Part shown: positions 9,937-19,816 of the stretch, piece after piece
Layout: each line of letters starts with the position of its first letter
Numbering within the stretch: position 1 is the stretch's first letter
IMG/VR virus record: IMGVR_UViG_3300046804_003398
Source: a virus
Lineage: Duplodnaviria > Caudoviricetes
Length of the DNA: 64,000 bases
Strand: one strand, 5' to 3'
Notes under the pieces: model-generated
Told to the model about the DNA's origin: nothing
What the model saw: the letters and a program-made list of their open reading frames with translations, nothing else
Databases searched by the model: none
Program-made: the position numbers and the translations under genes

Positions 9937-11841
9937 TCAATTTTTTACGATAGGAACCTTGAGTGGGAAATTGTGACCTATGACATTAGTTCCCATGACA
10001 AATCTCTGGTTTTCACAATTCAAGTGCATGTATTCTTCTTCTCCAAACAACAAGATATTGTCATCTACAGTCAATACTTCACCCTCGGTGCCTTCAAGTT
10101 TGTCACCCTTCTTAACTTCAGTCACAACCTTCCATACATCGTTACCAACATACCATTGATGACTGTCGTCTACATCAAAATCATTACCATTGATCGTGGT
10201 TCTGTAGATTGGTGCCTTGGCGATGTAAGCTACTGTGACCTTGTTCCACAAACCATCTTGTATGTCACGTAGATGCATACCAACTTGGATTTCTCTAGCA
10301 GGTATAAATCCACGTTCAAGAGTTTCCATCAATTGCCAAGCAGCTGGACATCCACCAGCGCCACCACTTGGAGGAGGAGCAGCTACATAACATACTGATT
10401 TGTCCAAAGTAGCTGTAATTTCGCCTCGTTTGAGTGTAGCACTTGGAGTAGTTGCAAATGATGCGGTAAATGATGCCTTTGCTGAAAAACTTGAACTTTG
10501 ATATGATTGATTGTAATATGGTAAACCAAATCCATATTGAACAATTTGTGTCGCACCAGGTGCTAAAGTAAACGTAGATGGACTGAATGTTGGCAACAAT
10601 TGTGCAATACCAGCTGGTGCGGCATACAAAGATTGATTGTTTGCCAAATTTATCCAATCAGCATTTAGTGTGTATGTAGCGTTATAAGCATTTGTAGAAG
10701 GATTTGTGAAAATCGCACTACCACTGAACCTCACTTGTGATGGGGTAGTCGGATTGTTTGTTACTTGTGCTGGTGTGCCACATCTTTGAGTAACTGATGT
10801 ATTTGAAATAGTAATTGATGGAGCTGATCCACAAGAAGACGCACTTGGATCTGAAATAGTAGAAATCGCAAGACTAGCATTTCCAGTGGTTGTCGTAGCA
10901 TCAGAAATAGCATATGAATATGGTAGTGTTCCCGTTCCTCCAGAAGCAGAAACATATCCGGCAAAATATCTTCCTCCATTTACAACATTTGCTATGAATC
11001 CTTCTACTGTAAAAGTTCTGGTGCCACCAGATGGCCACGATGTAGATATTATTCTTGAAAATCCACTGAGTGTATATGTCTCAGGAGTGTTGATCAATGT
11101 TGATAAAAAATTACATACAAAATTCAAATCTTGACGTTGAAGACTTGATATAGCACTACTAGCATTGATTGATGCTTTGGTCGAATCAATTGCTGTTTGA
11201 AAGTTTGTTGTATTGTTGGATTGAAACAATGTTGTTGGACTTGTTGTAGATGTTGATGCACAAGTTCCAGTGAATATACTAGATGTAAATGCGTTAGAAA
11301 CTACATCTTTCAATACAATTTTATAGATGTTGTTACTGGTGAGATTTGTAATATATTCATCCGAATCATTTGGTCTTACATATGAATATTGTAGTCTAAA
11401 ATCTGACCCTGGAGAAGCTGTTGGTTTTGAATAAACAGCATATCTGTATACTCTACTAGACGTTTCTCTAGTTAAGAAATTTGCGTTTGGCACCACACTA
11501 TCTGGATAAAAATTTGTATACCAAACTCCTTGATTAACGCCATATTGTTTTATAGAAGCACTTAAAAAATTGCCCCCATAAAACTCACTCATTCTAGCAT
11601 CGGCCAAATCATTGAGGGTTACCAATCCTATACCAATTCCCAAAGCATTTTGAGTGTCTGTTACTGGATCACCCGTGTTTCTCATCAACAAACCCAGCGA
11701 CGAAGACAAAGAAATATTTTGAGTCGGAGGTGTTCCAACAACATTGTCTATCAAATTGTTAATAGAACCATATGGTGTTCCCGTTGTGAGTTGGGAAAAT
11801 GCAATTGGACCTGATCTATTTAGTCTTGTTATAGCAGACAT
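9937..11841 (-). CDS. Putative virion structural protein with C-terminal Hint (intein-like) domain
   Basis: Ser/Thr-rich beta-type body; GGAGG-C-PAAW...IQVGMHL...H...VIGHN near the C-terminus. Confidence 0.75.
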   Translation of the reverse strand: MSAITRLNRSGPIAFSQLTTGTPYGSINNLIDNVVGTPPTQNISLSSSLGLLMRNTGDPVTDTQNALGIGIGLVTLNDLADARMSEFYGGNFLSASIKQYGVNQGVWYTNFYPDSVVPNANFLTRETSSRVYRYAVYSKPTASPGSDFRLQYSYVRPNDSDEYITNLTSNNIYKIVLKDVVSNAFTSSIFTGTCASTSTTSPTTLFQSNNTTNFQTAIDSTKASINASSAISSLQRQDLNFVCNFLSTLINTPETYTLSGFSRIISTSWPSGGTRTFTVEGFIANVVNGGRYFAGYVSASGGTGTLPYSYAISDATTTTGNASLAISTISDPSASSCGSAPSITISNTSVTQRCGTPAQVTNNPTTPSQVRFSGSAIFTNPSTNAYNATYTLNADWINLANNQSLYAAPAGIAQLLPTFSPSTFTLAPGATQIVQYGFGLPYYNQSYQSSSFSAKASFTASFATTPSATLKRGEITATLDKSVCYVAAPPPSGGAGGCPAAWQLMETLERGFIPAREIQVGMHLRDIQDGLWNKVTVAYIAKAPIYRTTINGNDFDVDDSHQWYVGNDVWKVVTEVKKGDKLEGTEGEVLTVDDNILLFGEEEYMHLNCENQRFVMGTNVIGHNFPLKVPIVKN

Positions 11842-11844
11842 AAA

Positions 11845-13140
11845 TTATTTGTCTTCCAAGGCAGATACACGCTCTTGTAGATCTTCTATCAATGCTTGTT
11901 GTTCTTGAACAGTTTTGATCAACAATGATACAAACGAGTTGTATTTCACTGCTTTAAATCCGTTCATGTCTTCTTTGACAAACTCTGGGAACACATCTTC
12001 AACTTCTTGAGCAATCAAACCAAAATCTGATTGTTCAGTGTTGTTCCAAACAAATGAAACTGGATTCAAAGATGACAATTTTCCAATTGCGTCTTCGATT
12101 GGTTCAATATCATCCTTCAATCGTGCATCGGATGAAGCAAACGTTGAATATGCTACGATATCACCACGAACATCAAGTTGACCACTGCCGCTAACTCTCA
12201 TCAACTTTGTGTAAGAACTACCAGATGTGACCAAGAATACGCTACGGTGTGGAATGTAAGTATTAAATTGACTTACATTGTCAGCGTAATATGAAGGCCA
12301 ACCAAAAGAACTACTCAAATGAACGTGTAATTGAGCCTGAACATTGTTGGTTTGTGGGAAGTGTCCAACACCTACAAGACGACCACGAACACCAAACGAT
12401 GTCCATCCATATATACCTTTCTTAGCAGCAGTATTTGGATTCCAGTATCCGTCTTTTTCACTTGGAGAAGCAAAACTAGTGTTTCCATCAAACGAACCAG
12501 AATAATATATTGCAAAATTTGCACCAGTTCTTATGTAATTGGAACCTGGTTGTAATCCAATATCATAAGAATACTGTATTCCAGCAGAAGATGCTGAGAA
12601 CTGAATAAACTGTTGACCAACATAGTTATTTACTGCTAGTGGTCTATACAAAGTTACCCTTCCAGTAGCAGCTGGATATCCACCGGCAAGACCAAATCCA
12701 GCAACAGTTCCAGAGGTATTACGGCGTAACCAATCAGAACCGGCTACTTCAGCTGAATTTTTCCAATATGCGTAGTAATCTGTAGTGCCTGAACCAGATG
12801 CGTAACCCTCAACATATGAAGCAGTCTCGGTAGTTACGGCATTTGTAGCCCAACTTGATGTTCCAGTTACATTACCTTTGAGGTTACCAAGAAAACTTCC
12901 TGTGAGTCTACCAGACGTAAATTCACCCTTGAAGCTTCCAGTAAAACTACCGGTGTAACTACCGTCGAGGTCACTTATATATGACACCAAATCACCAATT
13001 GTTGTTTTTCGAGAATAGTAGTTTGGTGAATCATTCTGAATCAACAACAAATAATCATTTGATTGAATCGCTCTGGATGGAGATGCTAAAGAGCTTATCT
13101 TGATTGTCTGGACGTTTAAGCTGTTACATGGACTTGACAT
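11845..13140 (-). CDS. Tail fibre/spike with C-terminal intramolecular chaperone (peptidase S74)
   Basis: SSDARLKDDIEPIEDAIGKLSSLNPVSFVW...GLIAQEVEDVFPE...YNSFVSLLIKTVQE. Confidence 0.9.
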   Translation of the reverse strand: MSSPCNSLNVQTIKISSLASPSRAIQSNDYLLLIQNDSPNYYSRKTTIGDLVSYISDLDGSYTGSFTGSFKGEFTSGRLTGSFLGNLKGNVTGTSSWATNAVTTETASYVEGYASGSGTTDYYAYWKNSAEVAGSDWLRRNTSGTVAGFGLAGGYPAATGRVTLYRPLAVNNYVGQQFIQFSASSAGIQYSYDIGLQPGSNYIRTGANFAIYYSGSFDGNTSFASPSEKDGYWNPNTAAKKGIYGWTSFGVRGRLVGVGHFPQTNNVQAQLHVHLSSSFGWPSYYADNVSQFNTYIPHRSVFLVTSGSSYTKLMRVSGSGQLDVRGDIVAYSTFASSDARLKDDIEPIEDAIGKLSSLNPVSFVWNNTEQSDFGLIAQEVEDVFPEFVKEDMNGFKAVKYNSFVSLLIKTVQEQQALIEDLQERVSALEDK

Positions 13141-13180
13141 ATGTTAATAAATATCGTATTGTTTCTTTTATACTTTAAAT

Positions 13181-15685
13181 TTAGCTACCGTAGTATGGCG
13201 ATTTACCCACAATACCCGTCAACGAAGAGTTATTAACACGATTCCACGACCAGAACAATTCTTGACCAGTTGTAGTATCATATTCCAAACTGTATGTTTC
13301 CCAGTTAGAATCAGTCCAGTAATTAGAACCTTGTTGTGGGATCGTAATTGTCTTTTCGTAGGTTAATTGAGCTGATCTACCACTTTCAGCTGTTGCCCAC
13401 CATGCACCAATGTCGTTACTGCTATACAAATTCAAGTTGTATACATCACACATACCACTATTATTATTTATACAGTATAATCTACGTTTAATTGGATTAT
13501 ATATGTTGGTTATGGTGTTGTAGTTTGTCAAACCATTAATACCTTGAAGTGTCGAATAGTTAATTATGTTGTTATTGTTTAACAAATTCAACGCACTTCC
13601 AACTGTGGCATAAGTGTATGCCGATCCATTCCAATATACCTTATACATGGTAAGATTATTGGCATTGTTGACAGATCCAGCTTGAAGCGAATCTGGCAAC
13701 AAATAGAACGTAGGATGTAAGTTATCGGATGCATCCACAAATACACATCTATATCTAAAAAAGTTAGTTCCAGATGAATATTGTTGATGTGTTGGTGATC
13801 CCGTGGTCAATCCACCAATCACGTTAATGTAATTGTTTGTGTCTGTGAATACGATACAATCTTCTGTGACACCTTGATTGTTAAATTTGTGTAGTGACAT
13901 GTGACCGCCATTAAACGATCTACCCAAAGTGCCTCCATCGAATAGTTTAGTTACAGCATTTGTGTTTTGATTTAGTCTGAACAAATATCCGTTGTTGGTG
14001 AAGTTAACTTGATTATAGAAAATGTAATCTTGATAAGTTATAGCTCCAATTGGATATCTGACTGCAAATGCATTTGGAGTTTGTGGTCCATAACCAAACG
14101 TTCCATTGATATTGCCGTCAACGGTAAGATCACCAGCAATGTATGTATCTCCAGCATTTGAACCAGAAGCACCCACACTGAAAATTGGAGCGTAACTACT
14201 AGAACCATAGTCTACATAAATTGCATACTCAGGCAACTTCACAGTTCCAGTCAAAGCTTGTCCTGTGACTTTACCAACGTGTGCTTTGCTTGAACTAAAA
14301 CATCTGATACTAAACTTACCAAGCAACGTAGGATTGGTATCAGCTGATGTAGGTGGTTGGAAACCAATACCAATAGATCCTTCTCTTGATGGAGTGTTTG
14401 ATGCTAGATATGGCCAGAAATAATATCCAGATCTTCTACTTACAAGACCGTAAGTTTCTGTAGCGCTTCCAACTGCAGTTCTGGTTGAAGAAGAAAATTC
14501 TGCACTACCAAGTGGAGCAATAAATGTCAAACTTCCACTATTGATCGATCCAATCGTATATCCAGAAATGTTTGGATAGTTGATTAGATTCTTTGCATTA
14601 TTTAAATTATAGAACGAGATCAATGATTGATTTTGTCCATTATATCCTCTGGATGCTACTCTCAATCCGTTCAAATATCTTGATGAAGATATCTCCAACA
14701 ATTGATAATTACCAAGGCCTGTGCCATTTGTAATTCGTTTCATTCCCACATTTGACGCAACCACAGACTGTGAGAAAAATGCAATATTGAAACTGCCACT
14801 ACCATTTCCAAGACCAACTCCGTCAACTTCATCTGTAGCAGCTGATTTTAAAGCATAACTTGCACTGACAGCTGTTGTAGGAGTATTGATTACGTTTAAT
14901 GCACTTCCAGCAAAAACCGCATATGATGCCGAACCATTATTTATGCTGTATTCTAAATATGATGCGGTTTTCGCCACTTGTGTTTGACTAGCACTAAGAG
15001 CATATGAAGCGGACGTAGCGGTATCAGCAAAAACAACATTTGTAGAACATGTAAATGCATTTGTAGCTACATGTGCATATGATGCAGATTTTGTCCTTGA
15101 TGCATAACTAGAAGTTCCGGTAAATTGCGCATCTTTTGCTGGACCAGCACCATTCTCCAATACTTTATTACCAGTTGCAGAATATACATCTCCATACAAC
15201 CCACCAAAAAAGTTGCCTGTAACTGTAGCTACTAAGTTGGTAATTCTTCCATATGAAGCGGTAAGAGGGTTGTTGAACTCAGTATTACCATTAATCAACA
15301 CCGAACTACCTTCCAAGAAAAGTGTGTTGGTTACAGTAATACTACCTTCATTACTGACTGCATCAAATATGTTGGTTCTTATATAGACTTGATTGCCGAG
15401 AGCTCCGTCATAGTATGTATTTATTGAAGGTAAACCACTTGGTCCCACACCCAATTTTGTCAAACCATAAGAAGTTAAAGTATATGCAGATGGAACATAA
15501 AAAGACCCAGTAAATTCAACTGTGCTTGGTGGTGCCGAAAATATAGAGTTGACCAAGTTACTGAACGTTATCTTTTTGGTCACATCACTAGTTACGTCCT
15601 GAATTATCAGAAAATCACCAGCCCTACTACCTGTTGTTTCTGGTAGGGCTGGGATTGGTCTCGCTTTATTTGTTAATACTGCCAT
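13181..15685 (-). CDS. Putative tail fibre / receptor-binding protein
   Basis: 834 aa; repeated (S/T)ASYA motifs, Gly/Ser/Asn-rich beta segments; adjacent to the S74 fibre gene. Confidence 0.65.
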   Translation of the reverse strand: MAVLTNKARPIPALPETTGSRAGDFLIIQDVTSDVTKKITFSNLVNSIFSAPPSTVEFTGSFYVPSAYTLTSYGLTKLGVGPSGLPSINTYYDGALGNQVYIRTNIFDAVSNEGSITVTNTLFLEGSSVLINGNTEFNNPLTASYGRITNLVATVTGNFFGGLYGDVYSATGNKVLENGAGPAKDAQFTGTSSYASRTKSASYAHVATNAFTCSTNVVFADTATSASYALSASQTQVAKTASYLEYSINNGSASYAVFAGSALNVINTPTTAVSASYALKSAATDEVDGVGLGNGSGSFNIAFFSQSVVASNVGMKRITNGTGLGNYQLLEISSSRYLNGLRVASRGYNGQNQSLISFYNLNNAKNLINYPNISGYTIGSINSGSLTFIAPLGSAEFSSSTRTAVGSATETYGLVSRRSGYYFWPYLASNTPSREGSIGIGFQPPTSADTNPTLLGKFSIRCFSSSKAHVGKVTGQALTGTVKLPEYAIYVDYGSSSYAPIFSVGASGSNAGDTYIAGDLTVDGNINGTFGYGPQTPNAFAVRYPIGAITYQDYIFYNQVNFTNNGYLFRLNQNTNAVTKLFDGGTLGRSFNGGHMSLHKFNNQGVTEDCIVFTDTNNYINVIGGLTTGSPTHQQYSSGTNFFRYRCVFVDASDNLHPTFYLLPDSLQAGSVNNANNLTMYKVYWNGSAYTYATVGSALNLLNNNNIINYSTLQGINGLTNYNTITNIYNPIKRRLYCINNNSGMCDVYNLNLYSSNDIGAWWATAESGRSAQLTYEKTITIPQQGSNYWTDSNWETYSLEYDTTTGQELFWSWNRVNNSSLTGIVGKSPYYGS

Positions 15686-15707
15686 ATGTTATAAATATAA
15701 TTATCAA

Positions 15708-16418
15708 TCAGGTAAACTTTTTGAGTTTTTTTAATATAAATTTGACCAGACCACTTCTCACTACATCGTCTTCATCAAATCTGAATATATGAATGCCATT
15801 CTCACGACTTTCTGCGTCGTCGAACACATTCATAATGGCAGTCAAACCACTTTTACCATTAATATCACTTTGATCTGGATCACCACAAACATACAACTTA
15901 CTGAATTCACCTACTCTTGTAACCAAAGTGATTAGTTCTTTCTTGGTCATATTTTGAGCTTCATCAGCCACAATACATTTAGCATTCCAGTTTAGACCAC
16001 GAAGAAAGTTAACTGGTGCTCCATGAATACGTTCTTCTTTTTTAAGCTTTTCGATATCATGTTTAGGCAACATTTCTTCAAGCTTATCAACGAGTGGTTG
16101 TATATATGGACTCATCTTATCATCCATTTCACCAGGCAAAAATCCCAACTTGCTGTCACTGCTTTCAACAGCTGTTCTGATGTAAATCAGTTCGCTTACA
16201 CGTTTATCATTAATAAGATGTAAACCGGCAAGAATTGCAGTGTATGTTTTTGATGTTCCGGCTGGACCGGCTACAAATACTAGTTTTGTGTTTTTGTCTC
16301 GTAATACTTCTATGAGCTGTTTTTGTTTTTCAGTTAAGTCTACACTTTTAATTTGGATTGAGTCCCTTATTTTTGGATTTTGGGGAACTTTTGGACTTGT
16401 GTCTTTTTTCTTGCTCAT
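15708..16418 (-). CDS. phoH: PhoH-like ATPase
   Basis: Walker A GPAGTSKT, RTAVES, LGFLPG, PYIQP, FLRGLNW, DEAQN, GDPDQSD, VVRSGLV. Confidence 0.95.
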   Translation of the reverse strand: MSKKKDTSPKVPQNPKIRDSIQIKSVDLTEKQKQLIEVLRDKNTKLVFVAGPAGTSKTYTAILAGLHLINDKRVSELIYIRTAVESSDSKLGFLPGEMDDKMSPYIQPLVDKLEEMLPKHDIEKLKKEERIHGAPVNFLRGLNWNAKCIVADEAQNMTKKELITLVTRVGEFSKLYVCGDPDQSDINGKSGLTAIMNVFDDAESRENGIHIFRFDEDDVVRSGLVKFILKKLKKFT

Positions 16419-16722
16419 TAGGTTTTTCTTGGTTAATTATCTTTTGAAGGTTCAAAACACGTTCACAGAATTCATATTGTTCCGTGTTAATATAGTAGTT
16501 GTAAATGTTGTCCAAGTTCTCTTTGAACGTAGATATATTCAAAACCACTATAAAATCAGTTTTACTGAAATTGAAAACCTCAACATTTGATAAATTGTTT
16601 TTTAATGCAAATTCTATGGCGGTGACAACTTGTTCTGTCAACTCCGATTTATGCTTTATAACAAACTCCTCCATCGACTTAAACTCCGATGGTATCATTT
16701 TTGGTTGAAACCTCTTTGCCAT
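16348..16722 (-). CDS. Hypothetical phage protein
   Basis: 124 aa ORF preceded by TATTTAT. Confidence 0.7.
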   Translation of the reverse strand: MAKRFQPKMIPSEFKSMEEFVIKHKSELTEQVVTAIEFALKNNLSNVEVFNFSKTDFIVVLNISTFKENLDNIYNYYINTEQYEFCERVLNLQKIINQEKPNEQEKRHKSKSSPKSKNKGLNPN

Positions 16723-16806
16723 GTTAATAAATATCTACCGCAAAAATAATAAGGGCGCCATAATTTTGGCGCCCTCATCATTTAACCAAGTTGTATCTAC
16801 TATTTA

Positions 16807-17037
16807 TTAGACAGCTTTCTTCTTGCCTGTCTTGCCTTTGACCTTCTTCGTCTCACTAGACTTCTCTGGTGTTTGTGCTGTATCTCCGCTAGTTAATTGA
16901 GCAAGTCTAAACTTTGCCGTGGATCTCCAAGACTGTTTGGTTCGTTCTGATGCAAACTCAAAATTTCTGCCCTTTGACAACAAGGTCGAAACTTCTGATT
17001 CAGAATTTGCGGTCTTAATTTGTTCACGTAGTCCCAT
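16807..17037 (-). CDS. Small basic hypothetical protein
   Basis: 76 aa, packed in operon. Confidence 0.7.
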   Translation of the reverse strand: MGLREQIKTANSESEVSTLLSKGRNFEFASERTKQSWRSTAKFRLAQLTSGDTAQTPEKSSETKKVKGKTGKKKAV

Positions 17038-17039
17038 AA

Positions 17040-17246
17040 TTATCTACCTTTCTTTGAGAGGTTAACGATTTCCAACTTACTACCATCTGGCCAACGAGTA
17101 ATAACTTTGTTCCAGTGATCAAATTCTGGTTGTGCCTCACTACGGTTCGTATATTCCTCATCAGAAACACGAGCGCCATTTCGCAACACAACAAAACGAT
17201 CAACTGACTCATTAATATTTTCGTTTTTCTTAATCTTAGTTTGCAT
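17040..17246 (-). CDS. Hypothetical protein
   Basis: 68 aa, packed in operon. Confidence 0.7.
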   Translation of the reverse strand: MQTKIKKNENINESVDRFVVLRNGARVSDEEYTNRSEAQPEFDHWNKVITRWPDGSKLEIVNLSKKGR

Positions 17247-17350
17247 GTATTCTTATATGTGTTATTATGTTATAGCATTGATATAATTAGTTACTGTGGG
17301 GATTATCAGTCCCTACAGGGTCGTTACAATATCACTTAGATGAATGTGTG

Positions 17351-17743
17351 TCAATCGATTTCCATTGATTTATTGTAATACTCAACGTCTTTGTGTTTAA
17401 CCACAGCATCTGGATAAACACACCTTTGTTCACCCAATGTTTTATTGTAAATCTTTACTCCGCCATGCGGATATGTTGGTTCACCCGGTCGATGATACTG
17501 AACCAAATAAATTTCATGACTGTCTGGATATATGGACGACAATATCTTACGTCCCTTTTCAGTCATATGATCTACCGCCAATTCGGTTGGAATATTCTTG
17601 TAGATTTTGAATGGATTGCCGTTAGCACTATATGTTTTGTTAACAACTTCCAAACCTTTTGTCAACTTAGATATCTCACGGTCAACAACAATATCTTTCT
17701 TTATACGTTTCTTACGTTTGACTTTTTCTTTGATCTTTGTCAT
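17351..17743 (-). CDS. Hypothetical protein
   Basis: 130 aa ORF with ATG start. Confidence 0.65.
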   Translation of the reverse strand: MTKIKEKVKRKKRIKKDIVVDREISKLTKGLEVVNKTYSANGNPFKIYKNIPTELAVDHMTEKGRKILSSIYPDSHEIYLVQYHRPGEPTYPHGGVKIYNKTLGEQRCVYPDAVVKHKDVEYYNKSMEID

Positions 17744-17866
17744 GATACTTAATTATATGAAGAAAAAATTAAATGTCAAGACGGAAGAGTTTATAAATAG
17801 CATCCGATTGACAACTGATAAGAATCGTAAACCCAAAAAGAAACGTGTTAAAAAACAAAAATGATA

Positions 17867-18046
17867 TTACGGAGTTGTAGCCGTAGATTCTTCTACAACA
17901 GCCTTGATTTCGTTTTCAATTTCCTTGATCTTTTCCTTGTATCCGGCTGCTACATCCTTAAAGTCCTTCTTTACGAAGAGAAGCTTCTCGGTTAGTTCGT
18001 ATACTTTCTTTTGTGCGTCTGCTTTGTTTAATTTGAGTTGGCTCAT
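17867..18046 (-). CDS. Small coiled-coil hypothetical protein (59 aa)
   Basis: Manual translation MSQLKLNKADAQKKVYELTEKLLFVKKDFKDVAAGYKEKIKEIENEIKAVVEESTATTP; overlaps the upstream stop. Confidence 0.7.
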   Translation of the reverse strand: MSQLKLNKADAQKKVYELTEKLLFVKKDFKDVAAGYKEKIKEIENEIKAVVEESTATTP

Positions 18047-18456
18047 AACTTTGATAAATCTATAATTTGTTTTACTGCTTCTAACGGTATATAACTAGTA
18101 ACAAAGTTGCCTGGATCAACACTTTTTAAATCGGGTAACTTATTTTTATCTACAACGATTATGACTCCCTCTTTCTTATCACGATAGTTTACCAAAGCAA
18201 ATCTAGCACTCAATTTGAAATCGCTAGCTAGATAACTACCATAGATGTTACGTGTGTTACCTTTACCCTTCGAAGTTACTCTGCCATGCTTTTGTAATAG
18301 ATCCAACTCCTTCTTGGACATGCCTCTGAACAAATCGTCTGACGAAAAGTTATTGTATGTATCAAGTGTGTCAGCAATATGCTTGAGTTTGCCTTGAGGC
18401 TCCCAAATCAAATAGTCATATATGCTAGCTTCGTATAGCAAACTGTAGGATTTCAT
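18043..18456 (-). CDS. Putative ADP-ribosyltransferase-fold protein
   Basis: LFRGMS (ART strand-1 Arg) and YLASDFKLSARFA followed by a beta strand, an ART-like arrangement. Confidence 0.45.
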   Translation of the reverse strand: MKSYSLLYEASIYDYLIWEPQGKLKHIADTLDTYNNFSSDDLFRGMSKKELDLLQKHGRVTSKGKGNTRNIYGSYLASDFKLSARFALVNYRDKKEGVIIVVDKNKLPDLKSVDPGNFVTSYIPLEAVKQIIDLSKL

Positions 18457-18479
18457 TGAATATAAATATACTTATAGTT

Positions 18480-18698
18480 ATGGACTCTGTTAATTTTCAT
18501 GACATCGAAATCAACAATCACAAAATAACCATATGGGATGACCGTTTTGTTGTATTAAGACATCCAGAAAAATGTGATTTGTATGAAGATGAACATTGTA
18601 GAGAACACATGGTGAAGTATCTAACAGATGAAGGTTATATAGATCCTACCAACAAAAACTGTCTAATATTTGATAGTTACATTGACTTCGAACCATAA
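18480..18698 (+). CDS. Hypothetical protein
   Basis: Divergent ORF; ATG 18480 follows TACTTAT; ends at a terminator hairpin. Confidence 0.6.
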   Translation: MDSVNFHDIEINNHKITIWDDRFVVLRHPEKCDLYEDEHCREHMVKYLTDEGYIDPTNKNCLIFDSYIDFEP

Positions 18699-18724
18699 AA
18701 AAACCCCGAGCATAGCCCGGGGTT
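18698..18724. terminator. Intrinsic terminator hairpin
   Basis: aaaaaaccccg-agcatagcc-cggggtt. Confidence 0.7.
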
Positions 18725-18735
18725 ATAAGTTAAAA

Positions 18736-19120
18736 TGGTGGACGCGGCGAGAATCGAACTCGCGTCTTTAAGAAGTGATCCATACCAGACTACACGCTTG
18801 TATGATTTGAATTTGATAGGAAACAGAATCTAAATCATCAAAAATCCGTTTCTTAAGATTTACAGAACGGTAGATTGGATGAGCAAATCAATCATTCCAA
18901 TTATAGTTCGATGATAACACCCAACCAACTATCGAACAGTCATTAGTCAAGTGTGCAACCTTTAATTAGGCTGCGAGTGCTGCAACTTCTCCATAAGAGA
19001 AGTCATAGCTAACCACGTTTTCTTCAGCAGTTATGTTTTGATAGACGTTTAAAGAGGCCAACTATCATCCTCTACGTGCCTAGCATGAACGCATCCTTAA
19101 ATCGAAACCTGAACGCGCCC
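18736..19120 (-). ncRNA. ssrA: tmRNA, tag (A)AEENVVSYDFSYGEVAALAA*
   Basis: 5' GGGCGCG pairs with 3' CGCGUCC-ACCA including G3.U70; T-arm GAGUUCGAUUCUC; tag ORF 19028-18966 follows AUAACU and ends ALAA-stop. Confidence 0.95.
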
Positions 19121-19142
19121 ATTAAATTTTAAAGAACAAAAA

Positions 19143-19214
19143 TGGTAGCTGGTATGGGTGCTGCCCCCACTTAACAAACCTTATGAGGATTCGTCGTTTG
19201 CTGAAACCCCAGCC
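19143..19214 (-). tRNA. tRNA-Met/Ile2 (CAT), non-canonical elbow
   Basis: Loop CUCAUAA, T-loop GGCAGCA, CCA end. Confidence 0.7.
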
Positions 19215-19221
19215 GTTAAAA

Positions 19222-19320
19222 TTACTTCTTCTTACGTTTTTTTACACTACAACTTTTAACATTGCAGTAACCCTTCTTGGTTTTACGTAAGTGTTGTCGT
19301 CTCATGCCTTTAGTTGCCAT
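19222..19320 (-). CDS. Lys/Arg-rich micro-protein (32 aa)
   Basis: Manual translation MATKGMRRQHLRKTKKGYCNVKSCSVKKRKKK. Confidence 0.4.
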   Translation of the reverse strand: MATKGMRRQHLRKTKKGYCNVKSCSVKKRKKK

Positions 19321-19333
19321 AATATTTAAAAAG

Positions 19334-19407
19334 TGGAGCGGGTAGTGAGAATCGAACTCACTCATAGGCTTTGGAAGAGCTTCAGGCTACCGTTACATCA
19401 TACCCGC
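19334..19407 (-). tRNA. tRNA-Gly (TCC)
   Basis: Canonical cloverleaf, loop CUUCCAA, CCA. Confidence 0.9.
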
Positions 19408-19420
19408 ACTTTAATAAATA

Positions 19421-19648
19421 TTATTCGGTCAACACAAGAACTTCATATTCATAATTGTGATTTTCCTTAAACATATCACAATACTTCTTTGCTGACTTCT
19501 CGGTCAAAAAAACCTTATGAATTGATCGTTCACTGTCACCATTACGGACAACATATACCGTAATTGGCAAGATCTTTTCTTCCTTGATAATTTCACTTGC
19601 AACCAAAATGTTGCCAATCAAAATCAACGATATCAATAGTTTCTTCAT
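19421..19648 (-). CDS. Hypothetical protein with signal peptide-like N-terminus
   Basis: MKKLLISLILIG... Confidence 0.6.
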   Translation of the reverse strand: MKKLLISLILIGNILVASEIIKEEKILPITVYVVRNGDSERSIHKVFLTEKSAKKYCDMFKENHNYEYEVLVLTE

Positions 19649-19692
19649 GTCTAAAGTCTACCACAGATTGTTGTTGTGTCAACTGTTAAAAT

Positions 19693-19816
19693 TGGATGAC
19701 CGTGACTTGCGAATATACGAGGATTTCACTGGGCGTTCCAAATGTCTATCTCGTCAACTTCAGTCTCCTATACCCTCCTATGGGTATCGTGCTATAATTC
19801 TATACACCAACAATCA
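19693..19816 (-). ncRNA. tRNA-like RNA with elongated T-arm region
   Basis: 7-bp UGAUUGU/ACGGUCA stem plus U-CCA end, D-arm GUGU/GCAC, AUACCC/GGGUAU hairpin, long rod in place of the T-arm. Confidence 0.5.
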
